Part shown: piece by piece, positions 39,881 to 48,356 of the stretch | Numbering within the stretch: the first letter of the stretch is position 1 | Layout of the letters: each line of letters opens with the position of its first letter | Assembly: GCF_013315695.1 (NCBI RefSeq) | Contig: NZ_CP054353.1 | Source of the DNA: Escherichia coli | GTDB taxonomy: Bacteria; Pseudomonadota; Gammaproteobacteria; Enterobacterales; Enterobacteriaceae | Length of the DNA stretch: 64,000 nt | Reading direction: 5' to 3' (one strand) | Translations under genes and position numbers: made by a program | Notes under the pieces: model-generated | Database searches by the model: none | Told to the model about the DNA's origin: nothing | What the model saw: only the letters and a program-made list of their open reading frames with translations

Positions 39881-39907
39881 AAATAAAAAAGCCCTCACAA
39901 AGAGGGC
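39881..39907 (-). terminator. intrinsic terminator T2 (minus-strand polarity)
   Basis: The minus strand reads gccctc-tttgt-gagggc followed by ttttttattt. Confidence 0.7.
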
Positions 39908-40070
39908 GGCATGCATTGTGTGAAGATTTAATTTTTCTGCTTGCAGGGGGATTATATTGAACGGTATTCATTCAATGCAATATTTTTAATTGTCATTATC
40001 ATTAATGAAAATGTTTCTTGTGTTTTTGTTGCTCTGATTACAATCCCGTTTATTACTGTGTCTTTGCGGC

Positions 40071-40096
40071 AAAAAAAAAGCCCGCACGGGGCGGGC
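40071..40096 (-). terminator. intrinsic terminator T3 (minus-strand polarity), downstream of the tfa pseudogene
   Basis: The minus strand reads gcccgc-cccgt-gcgggc followed by T9. Confidence 0.75.
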
Positions 40097-40140
40097 AAAG
40101 AATGTTTGCATGTGTAGAACAGTGCGGGATTATAAATATA

Positions 40141-40710
40141 TTATGCGTTCTGAAAAGTCCCCTTTGATGGAGATTCAGGCCATACCAGCGCATTATAACA
40201 ATCTTTATTCATCACGGAAGTGAACGTCAACTGCTGAAGTTCCCTAATATATTCAATCCACGTAGCCAACCTTCCCTTGTCTGCATTGCTGATGGTGCCG
40301 GGCAATAACTCAGATTGCCAGATTCTGATCCTCTCTTTTGCCTCCGGCAGCAGGGGATTTCGTTGTCATTCTGCTTTAGCCTGCCACTTTTCAGGTGGCA
40401 GCACATGACGAACAATATTTTCATCATCAAATATCCAGTTACCTGAGTCATCAGCACGTTGGTTAGCGTTAATATCAGAAGTATTAACAACACTAAAACC
40501 GACATGATTAAGTGTTGATGCCTCTCTGGTAATGGTGACAATAATATTATTTCGTTGTAAATCATTTTGATTTTATCTGGTCGAAAGGTCCCTGCTTCGT
40601 TATGTCAGTTTTATCGCCTTCAGAGGAAACCAGATTACTTTGTGCTTCTTTTTCTAACACATACAGTCCCGGAGTTAATATTGCCTGTTTTATGTTCTTG
40701 AGTGCATCAT
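40141..40710 (-). pseudogene. P2 gpG-like tail fibre assembly (Tfa) gene, disrupted
   Basis: Pieces in shifted frames: (MM)..LKNIKQ.. ; ..NNIIVTITREASTLNHVGFSVVNTSDINANQRADDSGNWIFDD.. ; an in-frame TGA at 40366-40368 ; ..RLATWIEYIRELQQLTFTSV..ALVWPESP. Compare P2 G [44 protein letters not shown]..VD...PEWP (from memory). Confidence 0.7.
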
Positions 40711-40765
40711 ATTAATCTCTTACATATTGTATCTGGTGAAATTTATAATTTTCTGAAGCTGCCTG

Positions 40766-40905
40766 AAAGAATTGAGTTTCCTGCAGGCTTTCAATGGTGT
40801 GATGAGGATATGTGGGAGAAACTCCAGTCTGCTCCTGCAGGGGGGGCTTACTGAACACTATCAAAGACAAATCTTCGTCGTTGATCGCATTCCCTTAACC
40901 TGACG
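40766..40905 (+). pseudogene. duplicated, frameshifted 3' fragment of a second gpU allele (U')
   Basis: About 80% nt identity by eye to 39636-39760 (..attgagtt..ctttca..ggtgtgatgaggatatg.gggaga..ct.cagtctgct.ctgcagg..ttactgaacac...aaagacaaa). No 5' part, and a G-run frameshift. Confidence 0.7.
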
Positions 40906-40938
40906 CCACCACCCCACACAGATGACGGGGTGGTGGCG
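40904..40938. other. 12-bp perfect GC-rich hairpin between U' and the convergent tail-fibre-side genes
   Basis: cgccaccacccc-acacagatgac-ggggtggtggcg. No T-run on either side. Confidence 0.6.
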
Positions 40939-40943
40939 TGATT

Positions 40944-41240
40944 TCACCAGTAACTAACCAGCAGCCAGAACAACAGGCATATTGCCACTGGTGCAGCAAA
41001 ATCCATCAGGCTTCCGGCATCCCACACGCGCGGATCAAAACCACCCCACCAGGGCATGTTAATTCGTTTCCCTTTCCCGAATTTTTCAATCCAGCGATAT
41101 TCTGCCTGGGTGTGTTCACGCGCAATGAAGAACGAGCAACCGGCTATCGCTCCGTAAACCCAGTTTCCCGTAAGAATGCCAGCCAGTACCTGCGCAGCCA
41201 CGGCACAAAGTGCATGAAGGACAGGCGTTATATCCATCAC
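40944..41240 (-). CDS. small hydrophobic (2-3 TM) protein of unknown function
   Basis: 98-aa ORF, last gene of the tail-fibre transcription unit. Hydrophobic N- and C-termini (..VLHALCAVAAQVLAGIL.. / ..FAAPVAICLLFWLLVSYW). Confidence 0.6.
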   Translation of the reverse strand: MMDITPVLHALCAVAAQVLAGILTGNWVYGAIAGCSFFIAREHTQAEYRWIEKFGKGKRINMPWWGGFDPRVWDAGSLMDFAAPVAICLLFWLLVSYW

Positions 41241-41249
41241 TCCCTCCCT

Positions 41250-41528
41250 TCAGCTCCATTCCCGAAGCGGTGCTTCCAGCTCCACCACATAATCAGAGAA
41301 CACAGAAACATCAAACGTATCATCAAGAATACGAATGTTGACAAAATAACCGTCATTCCGGATACAGACAGGTTCTCCCTCTTCATTTTCCCCTGTTTCT
41401 GTATAGGTGAAACCAATTTCATCGACTAACAGTTTGTTCTGGAGGTCTTCATTTTCCTCCCAGCCAAGAGATGACAGGAGGGCTTTAAACTGCTGTTTGT
41501 CATGAAACTTCAAAGTCAAATCTTTCAT
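41250..41528 (-). CDS. 92-aa acidic protein, occupies the position of the tail fibre assembly gene but is not Tfa-like
   Basis: ORF overlaps the H stop by 4 nt (coupled). No gpG motifs. Confidence 0.6.
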   Translation of the reverse strand: MKDLTLKFHDKQQFKALLSSLGWEENEDLQNKLLVDEIGFTYTETGENEEGEPVCIRNDGYFVNIRILDDTFDVSVFSDYVVELEAPLREWS

Positions 41529-43306
41529 ATTGCCTCTCTTAATTGCCTGTCATTTAATTCTTTATGCCATATGCGGAAATTACGAATGTGACCAAACAGA
41601 TGTCGTTCTCCAGTACTCGTTCGCCCTCCAATACGGATAATTGCGGAGTTCTGAATATATGACCATGTGGTTTTTGTTTCGCCGGATAACCGTCCGTTAC
41701 TGACTGAGCATGTAGACTGATCTGACTTTACTCGCATCCCTATAACCATTTTTTCAAGTGATGCGTTTTCGTTTACCCGCATGTTAGCCCCGCCTATATC
41801 GCAATAAGGAAATCCGTCGTAATCCGTCGAACGACCGAATCCAAGAATAATTTCCTCTCCAGTTTGATGACCACTGGTATTAAGAACACGCGGTGCTGCA
41901 TTTGGCGTTTTATACCAGTTCTTATGTACCTCACAAAGAACAGTAAAAGGAGGATTATAAAGATTATTCTTAACCGGAACTGTCACAATATCACTTGCAC
42001 GTGTTGCTGGTGTTGCACCCGATATAATAAATGATGATGCGCAGGGGCCATTTTCAACCTGAGGGGTGGACAGGAAAACATAATCTCCTGATTCAACGAC
42101 ACCACCTTCTTTCGGAGTGTATTGTATTGCCGATGTTATGTAGGACTCATCAATTGCCTGAATCGTTGCCTCTGCAAAAATCCAGCCGGTAACCTCATCT
42201 TTGTTAACTCGGGCAGTGATCCTGTCGGCAGCTCCTCCTGTGATTTTAACTGATAAAGATCGCGTATTAACAATGGCATATCCAAGGTTAGATGATGTGT
42301 TGCCATCGTAAGATTCAAACCTGATCCTTAACATGAGTTCCAGATCAGTTTTAAATCTGCACGATGTCGTCACGCACTTATTATCGCCTGAAACATCGAC
42401 GGCTCCGGTTACTGCAACTGATGCCATGTTAACAGGCAGGGACTGCCCAATCAGAGAATCGTTACAGACGAACTTTCCATAGGTAAAACCAGAACTGTCC
42501 GTCCCGGTTTCGGGAACATCCATATTTACCGACTTGCCCCAGTTGACCGGGGTTTCCGAATTGAGCATGTAGTTTGTTCTTTGCCCTTCAATAAGCAGTC
42601 CATCGCGTTCAAATCGCGGCTCATTAATTTCAGCTATTTTCAGTTCACCGGATTTATTGATATAGGTTGCCGTTGATGCGCGACTGAAACTAACCTGTTT
42701 ATCACTGGCAACCTGAACCACATCGTCACCAATGGTGATTTTTTTATAGCCCGGTGCGAACCCCGTAAGCATATCCAGTGAATCGTTAAACGGTATCCAC
42801 ACATCAGGCAGCGGCGGTACAGACTCCTTTTCCTGCGCAACATATTCTTCAACATAGGCGCGGGTGGCGAGCACGACAGAGGGATCAACTTTCAGTTCGA
42901 CAGACGAAGCACTGGAAACCACAACAATCATGCGAATCGTCTGCGTGCGCCCGCTTCCCTCGGTGAGTACAGGCTTGTAGGTTTCGGGGCAGTTCGCCAC
43001 GGCAATCATCACGCCGTCGCTGTCAAAAAGCCCAATCTCGCGGATCCAGAACCCCCCTTTATCTTCCGGGATAATCATCTCGGCGATAAGCTGGCTGGCA
43101 TCAGACGCGCTGATGCTCAGTTGATTCAATGGGGCGCTGTATACCGTGTTCACCAGATTTTCCATGGAAGCCTCCGGTTCCGGCAGGCTGCCGCCGCCAT
43201 CCCCCAGTTTCATGGTGGTGATGGATATTTTCGAGCCGCTGGCCACCGCCTTTGCCAGACGGGCGGCACCCTTGTCAGTCAGAACAGAAAAATATTTTAC
43301 AGTCAT
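41525..43306 (-). CDS. tail fibre protein, gpH-like N-terminus with divergent C-terminal receptor-binding part
   Basis: N-terminal 150 aa align by eye with P2 H (..ITTMKLGDGGG.LP.P....L...V.......IAE..IP...GGFW.RE.GL.D..G..IAVAN..E.YKP...EGSGR.Q..R..). The C-terminus ends ..LFGHIRNFRIWHKELNDRQLREAI, which is LamG/ConA-like. Confidence 0.85.
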   Translation of the reverse strand: MTVKYFSVLTDKGAARLAKAVASGSKISITTMKLGDGGGSLPEPEASMENLVNTVYSAPLNQLSISASDASQLIAEMIIPEDKGGFWIREIGLFDSDGVMIAVANCPETYKPVLTEGSGRTQTIRMIVVVSSASSVELKVDPSVVLATRAYVEEYVAQEKESVPPLPDVWIPFNDSLDMLTGFAPGYKKITIGDDVVQVASDKQVSFSRASTATYINKSGELKIAEINEPRFERDGLLIEGQRTNYMLNSETPVNWGKSVNMDVPETGTDSSGFTYGKFVCNDSLIGQSLPVNMASVAVTGAVDVSGDNKCVTTSCRFKTDLELMLRIRFESYDGNTSSNLGYAIVNTRSLSVKITGGAADRITARVNKDEVTGWIFAEATIQAIDESYITSAIQYTPKEGGVVESGDYVFLSTPQVENGPCASSFIISGATPATRASDIVTVPVKNNLYNPPFTVLCEVHKNWYKTPNAAPRVLNTSGHQTGEEIILGFGRSTDYDGFPYCDIGGANMRVNENASLEKMVIGMRVKSDQSTCSVSNGRLSGETKTTWSYIQNSAIIRIGGRTSTGERHLFGHIRNFRIWHKELNDRQLREAI

Positions 43307-44079
43307 GAAAAAATCCTCAAAGAATCCTCCAGAAATACCACTGATGCTGTCAGGGTTCCGGTTGTGGCGGTCAGTTGCATCACCGCCTGTGGCTCCACGG
43401 TCACCGCATCATCGCCCGTAACCTGTAATCCCATGACAATCCCCGCATCGACAGATACCGACGGTGTCGGCGGGTAAATGGTGAGCATGTCGCCGTCAAA
43501 GAAAGCCGGAGATGCCCGGAACACCGAAACAGTCTCAACACCGGCAGAAGCGGCTGGCCAGATTGTTGTTTCACTGCCGTCGTGCATGCCGGAAAACACA
43601 CGTGCGACTCCCTGCGTATCCAGCATAATGTTCAGCGAGGCAAGGTGGCGGCTGACCGGACGGGCATCGTCGATCAGTCGTGTCAGCTCGGAGTACGTTT
43701 CCTCTGTGATACCCGCGTCCTGCACGCCAATATCAATGCGGAACGTGCCGCGCGGGTCGCCGTTCTGCCACCACTCCGTCACGTTAATGACATAGCCAAA
43801 GGGTTCAACCACACGCCTGATGGCGCTGATGGTTCCCTTATGGCGGTGGATTGCCCAGGCATCACGGATCACCTGGCGCTTTGTTTCTTCCGTCCAGTCA
43901 CGATCCCACCTGTCCACGGACAGCGCCCACGCCAGATAAGGCAGCAGGGCTGCCGGGCAGGTGTCAGGATCCCAGAGCTGGTTAAGGCTGACAGGTAATG
44001 CTGACAACCGGGCGGTTCCCCGCTCCACGCAGCGCATGAAATCGCTGGCTGAAGGGGGGAGAAGTGACGGTTCACTCAT
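43303..44079 (-). CDS. baseplate/tail fibre attachment protein gpI-like
   Basis: Internal start MSEPSLLPPSAS overlaps the J stop. The motif LLPYLAWALSVD.W is typical of the gpI family. Confidence 0.8.
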   Translation of the reverse strand: MSEPSLLPPSASDFMRCVERGTARLSALPVSLNQLWDPDTCPAALLPYLAWALSVDRWDRDWTEETKRQVIRDAWAIHRHKGTISAIRRVVEPFGYVINVTEWWQNGDPRGTFRIDIGVQDAGITEETYSELTRLIDDARPVSRHLASLNIMLDTQGVARVFSGMHDGSETTIWPAASAGVETVSVFRASPAFFDGDMLTIYPPTPSVSVDAGIVMGLQVTGDDAVTVEPQAVMQLTATTGTLTASVVFLEDSLRIFS

Positions 44080-44968
44080 TGGTTCCCCCTGTGCTGACCG
44101 TGAACGATGTGCAGTACGCTGACTGCACATCACTGATAACAATATTCTGTGCGGGGCTGGTCAGTTCCACGCGCTGAACGCCCTGAACATGCAGTGCGGC
44201 CATGATGGCGGAGAGCGCGACATCGCGACCGATTTTGCCCTGTTCGGCAAGCCAGGTTTCCAGATTGTTTCTGGCGGCATTCAGGATGGGTTCCGACTCC
44301 GGCCCCGGATAAAAGTAAAGCCGGGCATCAATCTGATACCGTATGATTTCTGCGCTCTGCACCGTCAGACGGTCACCGACCGGGCGAACGTCTTCGGCAT
44401 TCAGCGCATTTCTGACCGTTGTCAGGAGTTCTTCGGTCGCCGTGCCGTCGCCTTCTGTGGACAACACTGTCACCACCACTTCCGCCGGTGCGGGGCTGGT
44501 TGCGCGCGCGTCCGCCACCTGACCGCTGGCACTGCGGGCAAAATATTCATACGCCCCGGTGGGACCGGCCACGCTGAGGCCATCAAATGCAGACTGCGCA
44601 CGCAGCCGCAGGGCGGAGTCGCTTTCCATGACGGCCTCCGTGGTGTCCATGGCCGGTGTGATGACCAGCCGCGCGGTGTTCATGTTGGCAGCGAGGTTGT
44701 CCAGGTCATCACCTGTGGAATGGCTCAGCATACAGGCCGCTGCGCCCTCATTAATGCGCTGGCGAAGCAGCAGTTCACGCAGCGCGAAAGCCTGGGCAAT
44801 GACCGTGAGCGGTTCGGACTCCAACGCCATGGCTGACCGGATGGCAGCCTGCTGTGTCTGTGGAAATGACGTAATGATGTCTTCTTTCACTTCCGCTAGG
44901 ATGACTTCAAAATCCGGCGTTTCAATAATCTGTGGTGTCGGCAGTTCCGACAGGTCAACGGCTGGCAT
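44072..44968 (-). CDS. baseplate assembly protein gpJ-like
   Basis: 298 aa. Order W-J-I as in P2. Confidence 0.9.
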   Translation of the reverse strand: MPAVDLSELPTPQIIETPDFEVILAEVKEDIITSFPQTQQAAIRSAMALESEPLTVIAQAFALRELLLRQRINEGAAACMLSHSTGDDLDNLAANMNTARLVITPAMDTTEAVMESDSALRLRAQSAFDGLSVAGPTGAYEYFARSASGQVADARATSPAPAEVVVTVLSTEGDGTATEELLTTVRNALNAEDVRPVGDRLTVQSAEIIRYQIDARLYFYPGPESEPILNAARNNLETWLAEQGKIGRDVALSAIMAALHVQGVQRVELTSPAQNIVISDVQSAYCTSFTVSTGGTNE

Positions 44969-45320
44969 TGTCGCTCCTGAGTGTCAGTGTGTTCTGTACG
45001 GTTTCCAGGCTTTCTGTCAGTGTGCCGGTGAGGGTGATAACGGCTTTTCCGCCCGCCTCCCACTGAATGTCAACGGCATTCAGGGCGATGCGTGGCTCCC
45101 ACTGTGTCAGGGCAATCACCACGGCGCTCATGCACTGAAGGCGCGTGGTGGCATTCATCGGTGCATCCAGCAAATCCGGCAGCAGGCTGCCGTATTCCCG
45201 GCGCATCACCCGGCTGGCGAGCGGTGTTAACAGAATATCCCTCACGCTGTTCCACAGATGGTCCGTGTCGCTGAGCGTGCCGGTGGCCTCGGGGTTCATC
45301 CCCAGAAAACGGGCACTCAC
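44955..45320 (-). CDS. baseplate wedge protein gpW-like (GPW/gp25 family)
   Basis: 121 aa. ..SVRDILLTPLASRVMRREYGSLL.DLLD.P motif. Confidence 0.85.
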   Translation of the reverse strand: MSARFLGMNPEATGTLSDTDHLWNSVRDILLTPLASRVMRREYGSLLPDLLDAPMNATTRLQCMSAVVIALTQWEPRIALNAVDIQWEAGGKAVITLTGTLTESLETVQNTLTLRSDNASR

Positions 45321-45898
45321 TGCGGGCCTCCTGTGCTGTCACCGCCGCTCTTCACGCCACTGTGTTTGTGCGTGTGCAGCGTCACACCGTTTGAGGTGAA
45401 ATCACCGCCGCTGTGCGAGATACTGCCACTCATGGTTCCGCCTTCTGTCACCTCAATCGTTGTCGTCTTCAGATGGTTTGTGCAGGTGACGGTGGGGGTA
45501 TCCAGCGTCACGCCTGTTCCGGCCTGAATGGTGGCAGTTTTGATTCCGCTGGCGCTCAGTGCGCCAGCGTCCGCATCGTAGCGGAACACCGCGCCGTCAG
45601 GCGCTGTAACCACGATTTCCGTCAGGCTGCTGCCGGGCGCCGGATGTTCGCTGCTCCAGAGACTGCCGATGACGGACGCGGTCGCGGGGTCGCCACCGAT
45701 GCAGGCAATCATGACCTGTTCGCCCACGGCAGGCGGCAGCCAGACGCTGAACGCGCCCGCGCGTGGTGTGTTCCAGCGCAGCCAGTCGGTTTCCAGCTCT
45801 CCGCTGCGCACGCGAACGCGCCACGTTGTTTCGTCCACGGCAAAAATCACGCCCGTGCGGATGATATTTGCAAGCAGTCGCATGATTTCCGCTGTCAT
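45317..45898 (-). CDS. baseplate spike/assembly protein gpV-like
   Basis: 193 aa. ..VRVRSGELETDWLRW.. motif and position before W. Confidence 0.85.
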   Translation of the reverse strand: MTAEIMRLLANIIRTGVIFAVDETTWRVRVRSGELETDWLRWNTPRAGAFSVWLPPAVGEQVMIACIGGDPATASVIGSLWSSEHPAPGSSLTEIVVTAPDGAVFRYDADAGALSASGIKTATIQAGTGVTLDTPTVTCTNHLKTTTIEVTEGGTMSGSISHSGGDFTSNGVTLHTHKHSGVKSGGDSTGGPQ

Positions 45899-46533
45899 CG
45901 TGCTGCACTCCCCAGGGAACGGATAATCGCGTCACGCATCCGGCGTTCGTCGGCTGCGGTCACACCCAGCAGTTCACGCACCGGGTAGGTGGTCATCACG
46001 CCCGGTGTCACCTCGTCGCGTAACCCCGCCTGATGCACGCGGGCAATCCGCGCAGCCAGGCCATCAAAGCCCACCACAGCGCCTTCCGCATCTGAGCGCA
46101 TTTTTAACCAGCGATATGTGCGAAGACGCGCGAACATCGGCGTGCTTTTCTTGCTGGTCTGGCGGGCAGACATGGACGATACAGCGAGGTATCGTTCAAT
46201 ATCATCGCGGTAAAACGTCCTCAGTGCGCCGCCACGGTCAGGGTCGCGCCCGATGATGGCGCGGCCTTTCCGGTAACGTTTGTGCCCCCACTGGCGCAGC
46301 GTGCGGACCTCGCCGTTCCAGACAAACTTCACCTCCCGGCGGGTGTGCATTACCTGCTGTTTTCGCGCCGGATACGGCGAACCGTCTGCGTTCTTCTGCG
46401 TACGGATACGCGCCTGCTGGCTCTGGCGCAGCGCCTGCCCGACAGCCCTCGCCGTGCGTGCACGTCCGGCGGTGGAAAGTCCGTTCAGGATGTCGCGGAA
46501 AACCGCGTCCGGGTCATGCGTCGTCGTGTTCAT
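45895..46533 (-). CDS. tail completion / virion morphogenesis protein gpS-like
   Basis: 212 aa, between R and V. Start uncertain. Confidence 0.75.
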   Translation of the reverse strand: MNTTTHDPDAVFRDILNGLSTAGRARTARAVGQALRQSQQARIRTQKNADGSPYPARKQQVMHTRREVKFVWNGEVRTLRQWGHKRYRKGRAIIGRDPDRGGALRTFYRDDIERYLAVSSMSARQTSKKSTPMFARLRTYRWLKMRSDAEGAVVGFDGLAARIARVHQAGLRDEVTPGVMTTYPVRELLGVTAADERRMRDAIIRSLGSAAR

Positions 46534-46996
46534 CCGTCAAATCCTTAAAGGTCACATCCTCAACAATCAGCTCTCCCCAGGCTCCTGTCAGTGCGGCAGG
46601 CGGGCGGGGTTCCGGCAGGTGCACCGGATACAGTTCCCCCTGTTCATTGCGACAGACTTTCACGCGCTCGCGCACGGGAATTTCCAGTAACAGGTCGGTG
46701 CTGTCGTCGTCATTGACGGCAACGGAAAACTTAACGTCCTTGTTTTTCTCCGGGTTGAGCAGCAAATCCGGCTGGTTGTGCATGAGCCAGACAATCAGCG
46801 GCAGCATCAGCTCGTCGATGTGTCCCGGAAAATCCATGACGAAGGCCACGAGCGTGTAACGGTAGACAAACGTCGGGGTTTCACCCGTGGTCTCAATACT
46901 TCCGCTTTCTGCAAACACGGTGAGTTTTTCCGGATTCGCGCGACACCACCGGGATGAGGCGGTGAGGGCTTCGCGCAGACGGTTCATTTTCAGCAT
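46514..46996 (-). CDS. tail completion protein gpR-like
   Basis: 160 aa. ..LR.AL......NP..L..F...GSI.. and ..W...NQPD.. as in P2 R. Confidence 0.8.
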   Translation of the reverse strand: MLKMNRLREALTASSRWCRANPEKLTVFAESGSIETTGETPTFVYRYTLVAFVMDFPGHIDELMLPLIVWLMHNQPDLLLNPEKNKDVKFSVAVNDDDSTDLLLEIPVRERVKVCRNEQGELYPVHLPEPRPPAALTGAWGELIVEDVTFKDLTDEHDDA

Positions 46997-47005
46997 GACT
47001 TCTCC

Positions 47006-47299
47006 TTACGGTCGCATCCGGCGTTGTTGTTCGGTTGCTTTAATGGCTGCCTTGTCAGCGTTGCAGCTCTCCAGTGCGTCCAGCAGCCGGTCACTCCAGA
47101 CGGCCAGTCCGCCCCACGTCAGCGGACGGGGCAGGGACGGCACCGGCGTTGGCTGTGTCAGACTTTCCGGCAGCGGTGCGTGCTGCGTCTGAGTGACCAC
47201 GACGGGGCGCGGCGCGCTGTTGCAGGCGGTCAGCAACAGCGGCAGGCACAGCAGCAGCCGCGCACGGATTTTCCCGGAGTGTGTTGCGTATCTCTTCAC
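47006..47299 (-). CDS. o-spanin (LysC/Rz1-like lipoprotein), embedded out of frame in the i-spanin gene; start uncertain (GTG assumed)
   Basis: Signal plus lipobox ..RARLLLCLPLLLTAC followed by a Pro-rich mature part. Overlaps 47091..47537 in another frame. Confidence 0.6.
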   Translation of the reverse strand: MKRYATHSGKIRARLLLCLPLLLTACNSAPRPVVVTQTQHAPLPESLTQPTPVPSLPRPLTWGGLAVWSDRLLDALESCNADKAAIKATEQQRRMRP

Positions 47300-47537
47300 G
47301 GCGTTTTTCTCCCTCCTGATTCCGGTGCTGCTCTGCGGCGCGGACCTGCGCCAGCAGGTCGCTGATGCCCCGGAGTTCCGCATGAAGTGCATCCACGGCG
47401 GCATTTGTTCCCGCCAGCGCCTGTTCGTGATATTCCCGGCGCGCCCGTTCATGCCCTGCCTGCCAGGCCAGACGCAGTGACACCAGATACAGCGCCCCCG
47501 AAAACAGGGCGACGACGGCGGCGGTGGTCAGCCTCAT
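47091..47537 (-). CDS. i-spanin (LysB/Rz-like)
   Basis: Internal start MRLTTAAVVALFSGALYLVSL (N-terminal TM) then a coiled, charged region. ATGA overlap with the endolysin stop. Confidence 0.65.
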   Translation of the reverse strand: MRLTTAAVVALFSGALYLVSLRLAWQAGHERARREYHEQALAGTNAAVDALHAELRGISDLLAQVRAAEQHRNQEGEKRREEIRNTLRENPCAAAAVPAAVADRLQQRAAPRRGHSDAARTAAGKSDTANAGAVPAPSADVGRTGRLE

Positions 47538-48076
47538 TTCTGTTTCTCCACATCCCGCAGACACCAGGCGCGAAAATCGCTGCGGCGGTTAACCAGTCCC
47601 TGACTGCGCTTCCCGCCTGCATTCACAAAATCAGTGAGGCGGGCACACATCCGCGCCCAGTTATGCGCCTGTGCCTGTTTCCAGATGGTGGTGCGCTGGC
47701 GCTTACCGTTGCGGTCCCTGAACCACATCAGACCGGAGCACCCCAGATTGAAGGCTGCATCCGTCATCGCCTCGAAGGCCGACTGCGGCATGGCTGCCCC
47801 CTGAAAATTCTGGTTAATACAGCTCTCCGCCCGCTGCATGTCATTCACCCAGCGACGGGCCACCTCCTGCTCGCTGTACAGGTGTTTCTGTACGTTCCCC
47901 GTGGAGCCGCAGCCCACGGTGGCAACACCCGCGATGTCCGTGTAGGGTGTGGCGCGGCAGTCTTCCCACGTGGCAATTTTTATCTGTGCCTCCTGTGAGG
48001 TGCGCAGTGCTTCAGGAGCCAGCGAGACACCCAGCGCCACAATCACGGCGGCGGCATATCGCTTAATGTTTTTCAT
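47534..48076 (-). CDS. GH24 lysozyme with N-terminal signal-anchor-release (SAR)-like segment
   Basis: Start MKNIKRYAAAVIVALGVSLAP (weakly hydrophobic, Gly/Ala-rich). E-x8-D-x5-T catalytic motif in WEDCRATPYTDIAGVATVG. Confidence 0.85.
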   Translation of the reverse strand: MKNIKRYAAAVIVALGVSLAPEALRTSQEAQIKIATWEDCRATPYTDIAGVATVGCGSTGNVQKHLYSEQEVARRWVNDMQRAESCINQNFQGAAMPQSAFEAMTDAAFNLGCSGLMWFRDRNGKRQRTTIWKQAQAHNWARMCARLTDFVNAGGKRSQGLVNRRSDFRAWCLRDVEKQK

Positions 48077-48356
48077 CGTTATCCCGTTGCAGTGCGGCAA
48101 GCGCCCGTTGTTCACTTTCATGAAGCCCGCGCGTTCCGGCCTGTGCCAGAATCTGTGCAATCAGCGCATTGCGGCGGACCTGCGCACGCTCCATGCGGCG
48201 ACGGTGAAGCCAGCCCTGAAAGAGTGAAAGCGCACCCAGCAGCAGCCCGGCCAGCGCGATTTTTTCGCTGATGGTCATCGCGCCAATCGTGACCGCAGAG
48301 ACGGAGGCGGCGAAGGCGATGTGGTCGTAAATACTGCGAAAAAAACCTAATCCCAT
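48063..48356 (-). CDS. putative holin
   Basis: Internal start MGLGFFRSIYDHIAFAASVSAVTIGAMTISEKIALAGLLLGALSLF gives two TM segments and a charged C-terminus, 97 aa. Position between X and the endolysin. Confidence 0.6.
   Translation of the reverse strand: MGLGFFRSIYDHIAFAASVSAVTIGAMTISEKIALAGLLLGALSLFQGWLHRRRMERAQVRRNALIAQILAQAGTRGLHESEQRALAALQRDNDEKH

Noticed and set aside
39941-40117. Plus-strand TTG-initiated hydrophobic ORF (..AIFLIVIIINENVSCVFVALITIPFITVSLRQKK..) as a type I toxin partnered with the antisense candidates
   Set aside because: It has no ATG/GTG start or SD sequence. Its hydrophobic Ile/Phe/Leu/Asn content is what AT-rich DNA yields by chance. The frame also reads straight through terminator hairpin T3. 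It is mentioned only as a remote possibility under the sRNA finding.
40227-40565. Track ORF of 112 aa (minus strand) in the AT-rich spacer, the only >=60-aa ORF in the Z/fun-equivalent hotspot
   Set aside because: Its frame is not the one carrying the clear gpG/Tfa similarity. The neighbouring frame encodes ..NNIIVTITREASTLNHVGFSVV.. and ..WIEYIRELQQL..WPESP, interrupted by a stop. The 112-aa ORF is therefore a by-product of a decayed tfa pseudogene, not a novel gene.
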